From positions 216,952-280,951 of the forward strand of contig CAVYHE010000008.1 in assembly GCA_963768305.1 (NCBI GenBank): 64,000 nucleotides of DNA, in the 5' to 3' direction. A program made the translations under genes and the position numbers. The notes beneath the pieces were generated by a model. That model was not told where the DNA came from. It was given only the letters and a program-made list of their open reading frames with translations, and did no database searches. This stretch comes from an uncultured bacterium. GTDB taxonomy: Bacteria; Margulisbacteria; WOR-1; CAVSGV01. The first letter of the stretch is position 1; the number at the start of each line of letters is the position of its first letter. Positions 10,187 to 20,057 of the stretch are shown here, one piece after another.

Positions 10187-11112
10187 TTGCCCTCCTGTTT
10201 CACGCTCCCTGATTCGGGAGTCACCGGCCAGTCGTAAGCGTACGCGGCTATTTGCTCCAGCGCGTCCACAACTCTCGGTCCGGGTCTTGAAAAAACTTCT
10301 TTATCCAGAGACATGCCCTTGGGAGTATTATATATGTCTTTGGCGCTGCCCGCAACATTTTTGCCTGTGATTATGATATCCGGTGAAAGCTTTTTCAATT
10401 CATCCTTTTTCATGGTCGGGAACATGCCTTTTCCCTTCGGGGAAATATCCGAAAAACCCGCGATCCTTAAAATATCATGTAAGTATGTCCCCTCTCCTGC
10501 CGCCGTGAGCGGTCTTTTTTTGACAACAGCGAGCGCTTTCAGTCTTCTTTCCTTTTGCCCTCGCGCTTCCACCCAATCCACGCGCCTTTTCATCCTTTGG
10601 AGCAGGCTGTATGCCGAATGCTCCTTGTTCGTCATGGTTCCGATGACCGATATAGTATCGTATATATCTCGGAGGCTGTGAGGATCCACAGTGAACACAT
10701 TGACCGGGGCAGGTCTTGCTTCATCAGTCGCTTCATTTGTCGCCGGAATGACCATTATCTGCCGAAGTTTGGAAATATCATCCTTCTGCCCTTCCAGATT
10801 GGCAAGGATAAGGTCGGGCTTAAGCTCAATGACCTTTTTGATGTCCACCCTCTCGTCGCCGACGCTTTGGATATTTTTCGCATCAGCGGGATAGTCGCAA
10901 TTCCTGGTAACGCCGACGATCTTATCTTTCAGGTTGAACGCAAAAAGGATCTCGGTGATGGCGGGATCTATCGAGATTATTCTGGACGGTGCCTGTTCCT
11001 GTTTAATAAGGTCGCCGGACGCGTCCTTTATTTTAACGGGGTAGATTATCCTGTTAAAGCTGATGCCGTAAGCGATCCCGGAAGTTATGGATATCGCCAA
11101 CAGCAAGGTCAA
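10183..11112 (-). CDS. BtuF-like periplasmic binding protein (start uncertain)
   Basis: RIISIDPAITEIL, IVGVTRNCDYP, LKPDLIL, SRPGPRVVDAL. Confidence 0.88.
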   Translation of the reverse strand: MTLLLAISITSGIAYGISFNRIIYPVKIKDASGDLIKQEQAPSRIISIDPAITEILFAFNLKDKIVGVTRNCDYPADAKNIQSVGDERVDIKKVIELKPDLILANLEGQKDDISKLRQIMVIPATNEATDEARPAPVNVFTVDPHSLRDIYDTISVIGTMTNKEHSAYSLLQRMKRRVDWVEARGQKERRLKALAVVKKRPLTAAGEGTYLHDILRIAGFSDISPKGKGMFPTMKKDELKKLSPDIIITGKNVAGSAKDIYNTPKGMSLDKEVFSRPGPRVVDALEQIAAYAYDWPVTPESGSVKQEGN

Positions 11113-11238
11113 TTAAGCGTTTCCTGATATTAATCGCCCCTTTCGGAGGTAATAATCATATAATCTATTTCGGAAAGAATCAACCTTTCCTTATAATTCA
11201 TAATGGCAAAAAATGTCTGAGCATGGAGGCAATTTAAA

Positions 11239-11266
11239 TGAAATTTCCCGGCAAATGCGTCGATAA
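11239..11266 (+). promoter_or_regulatory. sigma28-like promoter motif
   Basis: TGAAA-N17-CGATAA; GAGGTGG SD; ATG 11284. Confidence 0.65.
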
Positions 11267-11283
11267 TATGATTGAGGTGGCGC

Positions 11284-12272
11284 ATGAGCGGTTCATCCCA
11301 TATAGAATTATCCGGTATGACCGAAAGGAGAAGCTGATCCCATGGAAGATATAACGCCTGTAATTGGGGGAAAGGTGCCCAGGCGCTGGGCGCACGATCA
11401 GTTCCAAGAAAAAATAAGAGTGCGGCTGAGCGGTCCCCTGCATTCCGTCCTGTTACGCGGTATCCCTGTCATCATCTCATTCAGGGCGTACGCACAGGAC
11501 GTTCCAAATGATATCCGCAATATCAATGAACTTTCAGAGGGCTGTACAGGAAACAGTGGCATAAGAACGAGGATATATTTCGGATCTTTGAAAAAGCGCT
11601 GACGCTGCTCTCCGCTGCAAAGATCGACCAGGAGCAACATTACAATTATGAGTTGGACCTGGGAAAACTTGCGAACGCGTATCTTGCGGTGAATGCACTT
11701 TATAAAAAAGATGAGCCCGAGCTCCATAAAAAAGCCGTCGAATTCCTCAAGAAACCGATGAGGAGCGGGTCATTCCACTTGCTCAGGGAGACAGGCGCGG
11801 CAAGGAGGGTTTACGAATCGCCCGTTTTCATGCGTTTCAAGCGCCAATCCTGCACATTGTCCGAATTAAATGTAATGACCGGGGAATGGTTCGGGAAGCT
11901 GATCAGGGAGCTGCATGGTTCAGGCGTTCTGCTCAAGCCCGCGCTTAAAAAAGAGCTCATGGACCAGTTTACAAGCTATGAGCAGATCTTATATATGTTC
12001 TCGGAGCATCTTTTCTGCAATTACCTTGCGACTGACGGGCGATCGATGAGGCTCCTGAAAAGGTCAATGGAAGCCGCCGCCTCGGCGGCGCGGGACCCTT
12101 TGCCGAAAAAAAAGACATCATGCTGGACCTGTCCATTCTCATGCCGGAAAAATTGAAGAAGCTTAAGATAAATGAAACGAAGATCGAGGATATCATTGAA
12201 TGCACGGATAACAGATCGGTGACGCAGTTCCTGGTCGAGGCCCGCGCGCTGGGAAATCGGACACTGCAATAA
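11284..12272 (+). CDS. orphan family A member 1 (several frameshifts)
   Basis: ORF pieces 11342-11602 and 11653-12156, tail DIMLDLSILMPEK...FLVEARAL; motifs shared with neighbours. Confidence 0.6.
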
Positions 12273-12294
12273 TATAACTTTTTTCTGCTCTTGC

Positions 12295-12322
12295 TGAAAT
12301 TTTCGCCCTATTTTAACGATAA
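12295..12322 (+). promoter_or_regulatory. sigma28-like promoter motif
   Basis: TGAAA-N17-CGATAA; AGGGGG SD; ATG 12341. Confidence 0.65.
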
Positions 12323-12340
12323 TATTATAAAGGGGGAATT

Positions 12341-13281
12341 ATGAACAAAATTGGGCATGCCTATTAAAGAGAAGTCTGGAAGGCTGCGTGAGAGACCAGA
12401 AGAATCCTGAGACTAATCAAAACATACATGGTCCGAAACCCATCGAGTGCTTCAAAGAGCTCATAGACCAATTTAACAATGTTAAGGCAAAATATCAATT
12501 CTGGTTGACATTTAATAAAGAGCAGGATCAGATGAAAATGGATTGGCCAAGATAATAATAAATCACCCTTACAAAAGAAGAAATTGCAGGAACTATTTAA
12601 AGGGCCATAAAGGTCAACAACCATATCGCGGTCAGAAAACTGGAGACTGTTAAATCCGCTTATTGCCTTAACCTTGAATATGACTACGAATTGGACCTCG
12701 AAAACACTCACAGAAAGATCATACCCTTATAATTCAAGAAAAAATGAGCTTGGATCAAACGCCGATAGTTTCCTGATGTCGTAAACACAGACGAAATAAC
12801 AGGTATTTATGATGAGCCGCTGGGAACATTAAGGACAATGGGTGTCATGAAAAGAAAATATGATCCGCCGATATTTCCTTTCATCCCTAAATCTTGTTTC
12901 GTTGCGACCCTTACAGAAATTAAAAACATGTGCGGCGCGTGGTTTGGTTTCCATTTTGAGTTCGCCGAAAAATCAAATGTCCAATTGAATTTCCTCGGAC
13001 AGGAAACATCCAACATTGAAGATCTTGCCATAAAAATTAAAAAGCATCATCTTTCAGAGGACGGCAGGACGCTTCTGCTTTTTCAAAAAGCTGTTCGAGC
13101 GGCGATCTCGTATAACTCAGGAAGATTGACCAAGATAACCCTTGATCTTTGGCAGGTGACGCCGAAAAAGCTTGAGGAAAAAAACATCAGCGAAAAAGAT
13201 GTTGAGGATTTGATTGACAATAAGGATAACGGCGCCATTATCAGATTTTTAAGGGAAAAGATCGGCGCGCTAATAATTTAA
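12341..13281 (+). CDS. orphan family A member 2 (5' half frameshifted)
   Basis: intact 3' ORF 12838-13281 with WFG, HLSEDGRT, LDL, IIRFL motifs. Confidence 0.6.
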
Positions 13282-13282
13282 C

Positions 13283-13816
13283 ATGCCTAAATACATGAAT
13301 GTTAGAAGTGCACATGTCAAGTTGGTATACACCCGTCGACGCTATCAAACTGTTGCGATGACCGGAATATTGCCCAAGTGCCCCGAAGATATGTCCCAAA
13401 AAATAAACCGCAAATTCGAACCGCATCTCTTTAACGCCCTGCAAAGCAAAACCTCGATATTTTTCGGGGAAACCTGCGTATCATCCTCCAGGGCCCTTGC
13501 AATGATCATACACGGATATGAAACAAGGTGCCCAAAAACCAGGATCGTTTTTTCAGATGACAAATTGAACATGCTGCTGAAAGCGATAAAGATCGCCGGC
13601 AAAGCCAACAGGAAAATTCTCGGTTCGCGCGATAAGGACTACTTATACCACGTGCAGCTTGGAAAACTGCTTCCGACTCTGAACAAAATGGCGTCCTTTC
13701 AGCGAAAACTGAATGCTTTCAAGGGTCAGGAAAATGAAAAAGCCGCATTGACAATATTAGAGGAGATGGGCGCCATTGATTTGAAGTATTCGCCGCAAGC
13801 ACCTGATTTCATATAA
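13283..13816 (+). CDS. orphan family A member 3 (short, one module)
   Basis: FE..L..A...KTS..F and LTILEEMGA...YSP resemble member 4. Confidence 0.6.
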   Translation: MPKYMNVRSAHVKLVYTRRRYQTVAMTGILPKCPEDMSQKINRKFEPHLFNALQSKTSIFFGETCVSSSRALAMIIHGYETRCPKTRIVFSDDKLNMLLKAIKIAGKANRKILGSRDKDYLYHVQLGKLLPTLNKMASFQRKLNAFKGQENEKAALTILEEMGAIDLKYSPQAPDFI

Positions 13817-13852
13817 TTCCCGCCTCCTCAACCCTTATTTTCCGCTTTCCAC

Positions 13853-13880
13853 TGAAATTCCCTCTTTATTTTGACGATAT
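13853..13880 (+). promoter_or_regulatory. sigma28-like promoter motif
   Basis: TGAAA-N17-CGATAT; GAGGG SD; ATG 13900. Confidence 0.65.
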
Positions 13881-13899
13881 ATATATAGAGGGAAAATAT

Positions 13900-14750
13900 A
13901 TGGTTATTGAACAAGCGGGCAGGGTTTTTGGCCTCGTGAGAATGAACTACATGAGCGCCAGGATCAAAACCAGAATATCCGGAAGGTTCGAAGGTCTTCT
14001 GAAAGAAGCTTCAACCCTAAAAACGTCCGTTAGTTTTTACGGCATTATGATACATAATGCCGGGGAATGTCCAGGGTAATCGCCGGCCGCAGATCGGACA
14101 TCAATGAGGATACCCTGCATATTTTTGAGAAAGCCATTAAAACTAACAACGCTTCATTCGCTGCGGATTATGTGTCTGAATTGGAGCTGGAAAACCTGCT
14201 TCCTCATCACCTTTCAACATATATACAGCAAAATAAATTAAATGACTTCCTGAAAAGCGAAGATCCGGCCTTATCGCTCGCCATTCTCAGAGAGTTCGGC
14301 GCGGCAAGAAGATTATATTATTCACCGATGAAATTATTCCGCGAGTCAGGATGGATCAATAATTCAAAAGATGTTTATGACCTTACGGAACACCATTTCG
14401 GCGGGCTCGTACAGAAAGCGATGGAATCGGGCATCGTAGTAAAGATCAACTTTGGCACTGTCAAGGGAATCGAAGACCTGTCAAAGGCGATCTGGGTTAA
14501 TCATCTTGCCGAGGACGGGCAAACTTTCCTAATGTTAAAAAAGGCGCTCGAAAACACTATTTCAGATGCGAAAAGGAATCAGCAAATGTTATATACTCTT
14601 GACCTTGGCTATTTGGTCCCAAGCCATGCTAAAGTAAATGGCGGCTTGAATGACGCCATGATAGACAACATCATCGATGAAAAAGATCCCAGTATAGTGT
14701 ATGGATTTCTTGTCCAATATCGGGTGCTCGATCTAAGATACCGCAGTTGA
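13900..14750 (+). CDS. orphan family A member 4 (frameshift near 14065)
   Basis: MVIEQAGRVFGLVRMNY... joins ORF 14067-14750 (LREFGAARRLYYSP, HLAEDGQT). Confidence 0.65.
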
Positions 14751-14767
14751 ACGCGCCCGTCGGCGTC

Positions 14768-16909
14768 CTACTTTATCCCCAGCGATTTTAAAGTTTCAGC
14801 GGAAGCTATTATTTTTCGGGGTTTATTGTCATTCTCAAGCGCCGAGACCACACCCGCGGCCTCCATCTCATCCATCAGCCGCGCGGCGCGGTTGTAGCCG
14901 ATCCTCATCCTTCTCTGCAGGTGCGAAGTGGATGCCTGACCGCCCGTGACTATTATCTTAACCGCTTCGGCGAACAGGTCGTCATGCCCGCCCTCAGTCG
15001 ATACGCTCCCTGATTCCCCCGCTCCGTACTCGATGTCGATGATCTCCTGAGAATACTGCGGCTGGGCCTGTTTCTTTATAAAATTCGTTATTTTTTCCAC
15101 TTCATTATCGGAAACGAACGCGCCTTGCAGCCTGAACGGCTTCATCGCGCCTACCGGATGATAAAGCATATCTCCCCGCCCCAAAAGCTTTTCGGCGCCC
15201 GACATATCTAGTATTACGCGGGAATCCACCTGAGTCGCCACAGCAAAAGATATTCTTGACGGGATATTTGCCTTTATCAATCCCGTGATGACATCTACGG
15301 ACGGCCTCTGCGTCGCAATGACAAGGTGAATGCCTGTCGCGCGCGCCATTTGGGCAATGCGGCATATCGTCGTTTCAACTTCCGTGGCGGCCACCATCAT
15401 CATGTCCGCGAGTTCATCCACGATTATGACGATATAAGGCAGTCTTTCCATTTCCTTTGGCGACCTGTCGGCTTTCGCGTTAAAAGCTTCCAGGTTCCTG
15501 ACTCCGGCCGAGTAAAATGATTTATAGCGACGGTCCATTTCGCGAAGGACCCATTCCTTTAACGTCCTCGATGCTTTTTTCGGGTCGGTCACGACAGGGG
15601 CAAGAAGGTGCGGGATATCATTATAATGCGTGAATTCAACCATCTTGGGATCTATCATCACGAATTTCACTTCATCGGGCCTCGCCCTTAAAAGGATGCT
15701 TGTGATCAGCGTGTTTATGCAAACGCTTTTCCCCGATCCGGTCGTTCCGGCGATCAGCAGGTGTGGCATTCTTGTCAGGTCGCCGTAGATAGGCGTCCCG
15801 GAAAGGTCTTTGCCGATGCCGATAAGGAGTTTTGAATGATGGTTCTGGAATTCTTCGGTCTTCGCTATTTCTCTAAGTCTTACCGGAGTTATCGATGGAT
15901 TAGGCACTTCTATGCCCACTGCCGCTTTTCCGGGAATGGGTGCTTCTATCCTTACGCCCTGAGAGGCAAGGTTCAGCGATATGTCGTCGGCAAGGTTCGC
16001 GATCCTGCTTACCTTAACTCCCGGCTCAGGCTGGACCTCGTATCTTGTAACAGCAGGCCCCTGATGAACAGCGATGACAGAAGCTTCTATCCCGAACGAT
16101 CTCAAGGTTTCTTCAAGTGCTCTCTTGCGGATCTCAATTGTCTCCTTCATCTTTTCTTCCCTCTGGCGGTCCCTGTCCGTGGGGCTGTCCAGAAGTTCCA
16201 AAGGAGGAAGCTCGTACCTGCCAAGTTTCTTCGGGGTGATGACGGACGGTCTTGACGCAGGTCTCTCGACCGGCTTTTTTTCTTCATGCGTCTCAAGCTC
16301 GAACGCCGCGTTGTTCAATTCTTTTATTACGGGGATCATCGATGGTATTGACCTTTTCTCCTCCGCCTCTTCCATCCTTTGCTTCGGCCTTTGCCTTCTT
16401 TTGAATATCATGTCCCACAGTCTTGAAATTGAGTGGGTCAGAGTGATGTTGAATATCAGTATCAGTGAAATGAGGAAGATCGATGACAGTACGACATACG
16501 CTCCTGTGGTCCCGAATATCCCATTCAGTCCGCCTTTGATAACGGCACCCAGGTACCCGCCATCGCCGTAGGAGATGAGCGTTGAAAAGAGAAGGATAAT
16601 GCCCAGGAACTGGGCTGTAATGATTATGAACTGCTTCCTGAGCATGAGGAGCACGCCGAAAAGTCCCAGGAAATACGGCAGCATATAAACGCCTATGCCG
16701 ATCAATGGCTTCAGGAATTTGCGGATGACGTAAAGCCCCATCAGTCCTGTGGATGATCCGGATCCGGAGCTGGTGGATATGAATATGAAAAGAGCCAGGG
16801 CGATAAGCAGTATCCCTATTATGTCCTGACTTAAGTGAGAGGGTTTTCTATATTTCTCGAATTTCCGCTTTCTGGCCAATCCTTGTACCTCGCGGAAATT
16901 ATAGCACAA
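14768..16909 (-). CDS. ftsK: DNA translocase FtsK/SpoIIIE (true start probably TTG near 16879)
   Basis: PHLLIAGTTGSGKS, IVDELADMM, ATQRPSVDV, gamma domain RIGYNRAARL. Confidence 0.96.
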   Translation of the reverse strand: MCYNFREVQGLARKRKFEKYRKPSHLSQDIIGILLIALALFIFISTSSGSGSSTGLMGLYVIRKFLKPLIGIGVYMLPYFLGLFGVLLMLRKQFIIITAQFLGIILLFSTLISYGDGGYLGAVIKGGLNGIFGTTGAYVVLSSIFLISLILIFNITLTHSISRLWDMIFKRRQRPKQRMEEAEEKRSIPSMIPVIKELNNAAFELETHEEKKPVERPASRPSVITPKKLGRYELPPLELLDSPTDRDRQREEKMKETIEIRKRALEETLRSFGIEASVIAVHQGPAVTRYEVQPEPGVKVSRIANLADDISLNLASQGVRIEAPIPGKAAVGIEVPNPSITPVRLREIAKTEEFQNHHSKLLIGIGKDLSGTPIYGDLTRMPHLLIAGTTGSGKSVCINTLITSILLRARPDEVKFVMIDPKMVEFTHYNDIPHLLAPVVTDPKKASRTLKEWVLREMDRRYKSFYSAGVRNLEAFNAKADRSPKEMERLPYIVIIVDELADMMMVAATEVETTICRIAQMARATGIHLVIATQRPSVDVITGLIKANIPSRISFAVATQVDSRVILDMSGAEKLLGRGDMLYHPVGAMKPFRLQGAFVSDNEVEKITNFIKKQAQPQYSQEIIDIEYGAGESGSVSTEGGHDDLFAEAVKIIVTGGQASTSHLQRRMRIGYNRAARLMDEMEAAGVVSALENDNKPRKIIASAETLKSLGIK

Positions 16910-17001
16910 AAGGAATTAGGGCTAAAGCATCCTCATTTCTGTCAATTCCTAGTTTTAAAATAATCCTGAAAAAGCGGGAGTTTGAAATAGATCAGGAATG
17001 A

Positions 17002-17632
17002 TCAATCGATATAAGAATTCCAATAAGCTTGATTCCACTTGCCAAAAGCGATACATATATTTTTCAATGTTCGGGAAAGATCCGATATCGGAGAGCGGGC
17101 CCGGAGCAGATCCGGGTGTTCCTCTAAATATTGCGTTACATCACTTTCATCTAACGAACTTCAACGGTTCAAGTCCGGGAGTGATCTTTATCCAGGAATC
17201 CTTATCCCGAGGACCTGTCAACATAGCCGTACTAAGCAAATGATTGTGGAAAAGAGAAAATGTTTTTATAAAATATTTATATGGATCTGGTTCGTGAATT
17301 GAGGTTGATTTTGCTTTTAAGTATTCGAGATCGGATATCCAGACAACTCTTTGAAGTTTATTGCAAATATCAAGAATTTTCGCGCTTCGATCTTCTACGG
17401 TAAATTTCTTTACCTTCCTGATATTATCAAAAGGGACCCCGGCAGATATAAATGCTTTGCGCACGAGGCTTGCGCGCTCCAAGAACTCGATCGAATGCTT
17501 TCTGGGCAGAACTCCCAAAGCTTTTGCGGTTTTCCGATTTACCCTGATGAATTGACAACCGCTATCACCGCCACTTATGTGAACAAAGGGAATATCTCTG
17601 CGGCAGTTGATCCTAAGAAAATCTTCCGGCAT
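17002..17632 (-). CDS. orphan family B member 1 (frameshift near 17150)
   Basis: GAGGAGG SD; IPF..IS.G.SG, AK.LG..PR, WI.ITPGLEPL.FV shared with 18438-19007. Confidence 0.65.
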
Positions 17633-17671
17633 ATCTTTCCTCCTCAAATTTTGACACCTTTAACTGTTTAT

Positions 17672-17698
17672 TTATCGACAAATCATGCCGAAAATTCA
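17672..17698 (-). promoter_or_regulatory. sigma28-like promoter motif (variant)
   Basis: TGAAT-N16-CGATAA. Confidence 0.5.
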
Positions 17699-17703
17699 AT
17701 TTT

Positions 17704-18228
17704 TCTAATCTTTTTCCCCGTGTCTTTTCAAAACATCAAGAATATGAGCTGTAAAAGCCCTTTCGCTTTCCCTTTCTGCATTAAAAGTTGAGATCGCAAA
17801 TGAATCTTCATCATAGGGAGAGCTTATAACACGGGAATCCCCTTTCGTTTCACTTGCAAAGGTCCTTTCCTCTAACCGCATTGCAGAGCTTAAAAGTTTG
17901 AGGGCTTCTTGATGAGCACTGAGACCGGATTTAAGCAGAGTATCGATATTGCCGTCAATCCTCTCTTTAACAAAAATGTGGCTAAGATCATTGGCCGCGA
18001 TCTGGAATTTTTAAGTTTATTAACATTGCGTGGTGCTTCCAGGGACTTTTTGTAAGTAATGCGCAATTTTTCTATCCTTCCAGCGAGCATTGTTACATTA
18101 ACCCCGCTATTTGAAATTTGAGGAGCAAGCCGGCTTCTAACCGCAAATAAAGGTTCCCTGACGATTTTCCTTAGCATATTTAGCCCTTTCGGGAGGTGAA
18201 GAGCCCCTATGTTCATTTTTATCATCAA
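17704..18228 (-). CDS. orphan protein (probably frameshifted; ORF 17890-18228)
   Basis: AAGGAGGG SD, upstream motif, basic N-terminus. Confidence 0.5.
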
Positions 18229-18265
18229 AATCCCTCCTTAATCATCACTGAACTGTTCTCCTTAT

Positions 18266-18293
18266 ATATCGTTAGCATTCTTTAAAAATTTCA
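18266..18293 (-). promoter_or_regulatory. sigma28-like promoter motif
   Basis: TGAAA-N17-CGATAT. Confidence 0.65.
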
Positions 18294-18437
18294 CTTTTTT
18301 GGCAATGATTATTAGGCGAAAATCCGATAAAAGCTTTTTTATTACCGGATCTGATGGCGCCAAAATGTTTATTGATAACGCTCAGTTGCTACCCGGTCTT
18401 ATTGATAAGCCAGTATGTAAGTCTTTAATTCCTGCCA

Positions 18438-19007
18438 TCAGAGTTCTTTCTGATGTTTTATTAAATAATCCTTTACGGCATTTTTGCCTACAAAACTTAA
18501 TGGTTCAAGGCCGGGAGTGATCTGGATCCAACAATCCCTGTCAGATGGTATCGTTAATGCGGATCTGTTGAGTAAACGCATTTCAAATATGGAAAATGCT
18601 TCCTTAAGATATTGATGAAGATCTATGCTGAGATTATTGTGAATATCAATACGTAAAAAGGCGAAGTCCCGTTCATTAAAGATGTTCGTGAATTTATCGC
18701 ACACTTTGAAGACTTGGTTGCCGAGAGCTATTGAGGCGCGTAATTGCTCCACCCCGTTCATTTTGGAAAGATCTAATTGTGCATCATTGATAAAAGGATT
18801 TGATCCCGAGGAAGATATGAATGTTTTGATCAGGAGGGACTGGATCTCCAAATGCGCGAGCGGATAACTGCGCGGGGCGAGCCCGAGAACTTTTGCAGCC
18901 CCAGCATCAATTCTTATTTCTTTCCTGCCGGATAGTCCCCTGCTTATGCGGCCAAAGGGAATATTTACGTTCAAACTAGCCGCCCTGAGAACTTTTGATA
19001 TACTCAT
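18438..19007 (-). CDS. orphan family B member 2 (3' end may extend by frameshift)
   Basis: paralog of 17002-17632; AAGGAAGAAGG upstream. Confidence 0.7.
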   Translation of the reverse strand: MSISKVLRAASLNVNIPFGRISRGLSGRKEIRIDAGAAKVLGLAPRSYPLAHLEIQSLLIKTFISSSGSNPFINDAQLDLSKMNGVEQLRASIALGNQVFKVCDKFTNIFNERDFAFLRIDIHNNLSIDLHQYLKEAFSIFEMRLLNRSALTIPSDRDCWIQITPGLEPLSFVGKNAVKDYLIKHQKEL

Positions 19008-19060
19008 ATAACTGCCTTCTTCCTTGATAATTTGACCTGTTCACTCTCTAATACGTTATT

Positions 19061-19088
19061 TTATCGGCAATATTTGCGAAAAATTTCA
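19061..19088 (-). promoter_or_regulatory. sigma28-like promoter motif
   Basis: TGAAA-N15-GCCGATAA. Confidence 0.7.
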
Positions 19089-19175
19089 CTTTTTGCGCGA
19101 AGATCTTTTAGGGAATTGAGACTTAAAAAAGCGCGAAATGCGAGGTGTTTAAATGCGGAAAATTCTATTGATCTG

Positions 19176-20057
19176 CTATCTTGATCTTTCCCACTTATCG
19201 AACATGACAATAAGCGGGCTGGCGACGAAAATGGAAGAATATGCTCCGCAGGTGAACCCGATGAACAGCGTCAGCGCGAAATCCTTTATCGTGGCGCCGC
19301 CAAAAATGAGCAGCGAAAGGTTCATGAAAAGCACGGTCAGCACAGTGTTTATGGATCTCGCCATCGTCTGATTGACCGCTTCGTTCACAACGTCCCCGAA
19401 CGGCTTTTTGGAATAGCCCGGCTTGTTCAGGTCTTCTCTCACACGGTCGAATATGACTATTGTATCGCAAATGGAATAACCAAGTATCGTAAGTATCGCC
19501 GCGATGAACCAAGTATCAATATTCCTCCACAATAAGGCCATAATTCCGACAGTTATTGTAGCATCGTGAAGAAGAGCTATGACCGCCGCGACTGAATACT
19601 TGAATTCGAACCGGAAAGCTACATATATCAGTATGCACACTGTCGCCAGGAGAAGCGACCAGAACGCCTGACGTCTCAATTCGCTGCCCACAACGGGACC
19701 GATGGTATCCGCTTCCAAAAGCTCCATTGTGGGATACTTTTCCCTTATCCCGTCCACCATCTTCGTCCTGTCCTCCGTGGATAAAGGATCTGTGCTGATG
19801 ATGATATTATTGCCTTCGGACCTCTGGATAACGCTTTCCTGCCTTCCGAATTTGCTTAATATCACGCGGATATCGCTTATGGAAACCGCGCCGTCGAATT
19901 TAATGTTAAGGACCGTTCCGCCGGTAAAATCTATACCAAAGTTCATGACCTTCCCTTTCATTATCCCGTTCGATAATAGGGCGAAGATCCCGAGGGCTAT
20001 GAAAAAGCCAGAGAGCATGAACCACGATCTTGTTTTTCCTATGACGTTCAATGTCAT
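19176..20057 (-). CDS. secF: protein translocase subunit SecF
   Basis: GIDFTGGT, IGPVVG, GYSICDTIVIFDRVRE, GAYSSIFVASP. Confidence 0.97.
   Translation of the reverse strand: MTLNVIGKTRSWFMLSGFFIALGIFALLSNGIMKGKVMNFGIDFTGGTVLNIKFDGAVSISDIRVILSKFGRQESVIQRSEGNNIIISTDPLSTEDRTKMVDGIREKYPTMELLEADTIGPVVGSELRRQAFWSLLLATVCILIYVAFRFEFKYSVAAVIALLHDATITVGIMALLWRNIDTWFIAAILTILGYSICDTIVIFDRVREDLNKPGYSKKPFGDVVNEAVNQTMARSINTVLTVLFMNLSLLIFGGATIKDFALTLFIGFTCGAYSSIFVASPLIVMFDKWERSR

Noticed and set aside
11113..11235. Cobalamin riboswitch upstream of the BtuF-like operon
   Set aside because: No B12-box consensus seen and the space is too short.
11239..19088. Recurring motif as a CRISPR repeat or integron attC array
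   Set aside because: Only two short boxes are conserved with a variable spacer, no palindrome, always 5' of genes; no cas or integrase gene.
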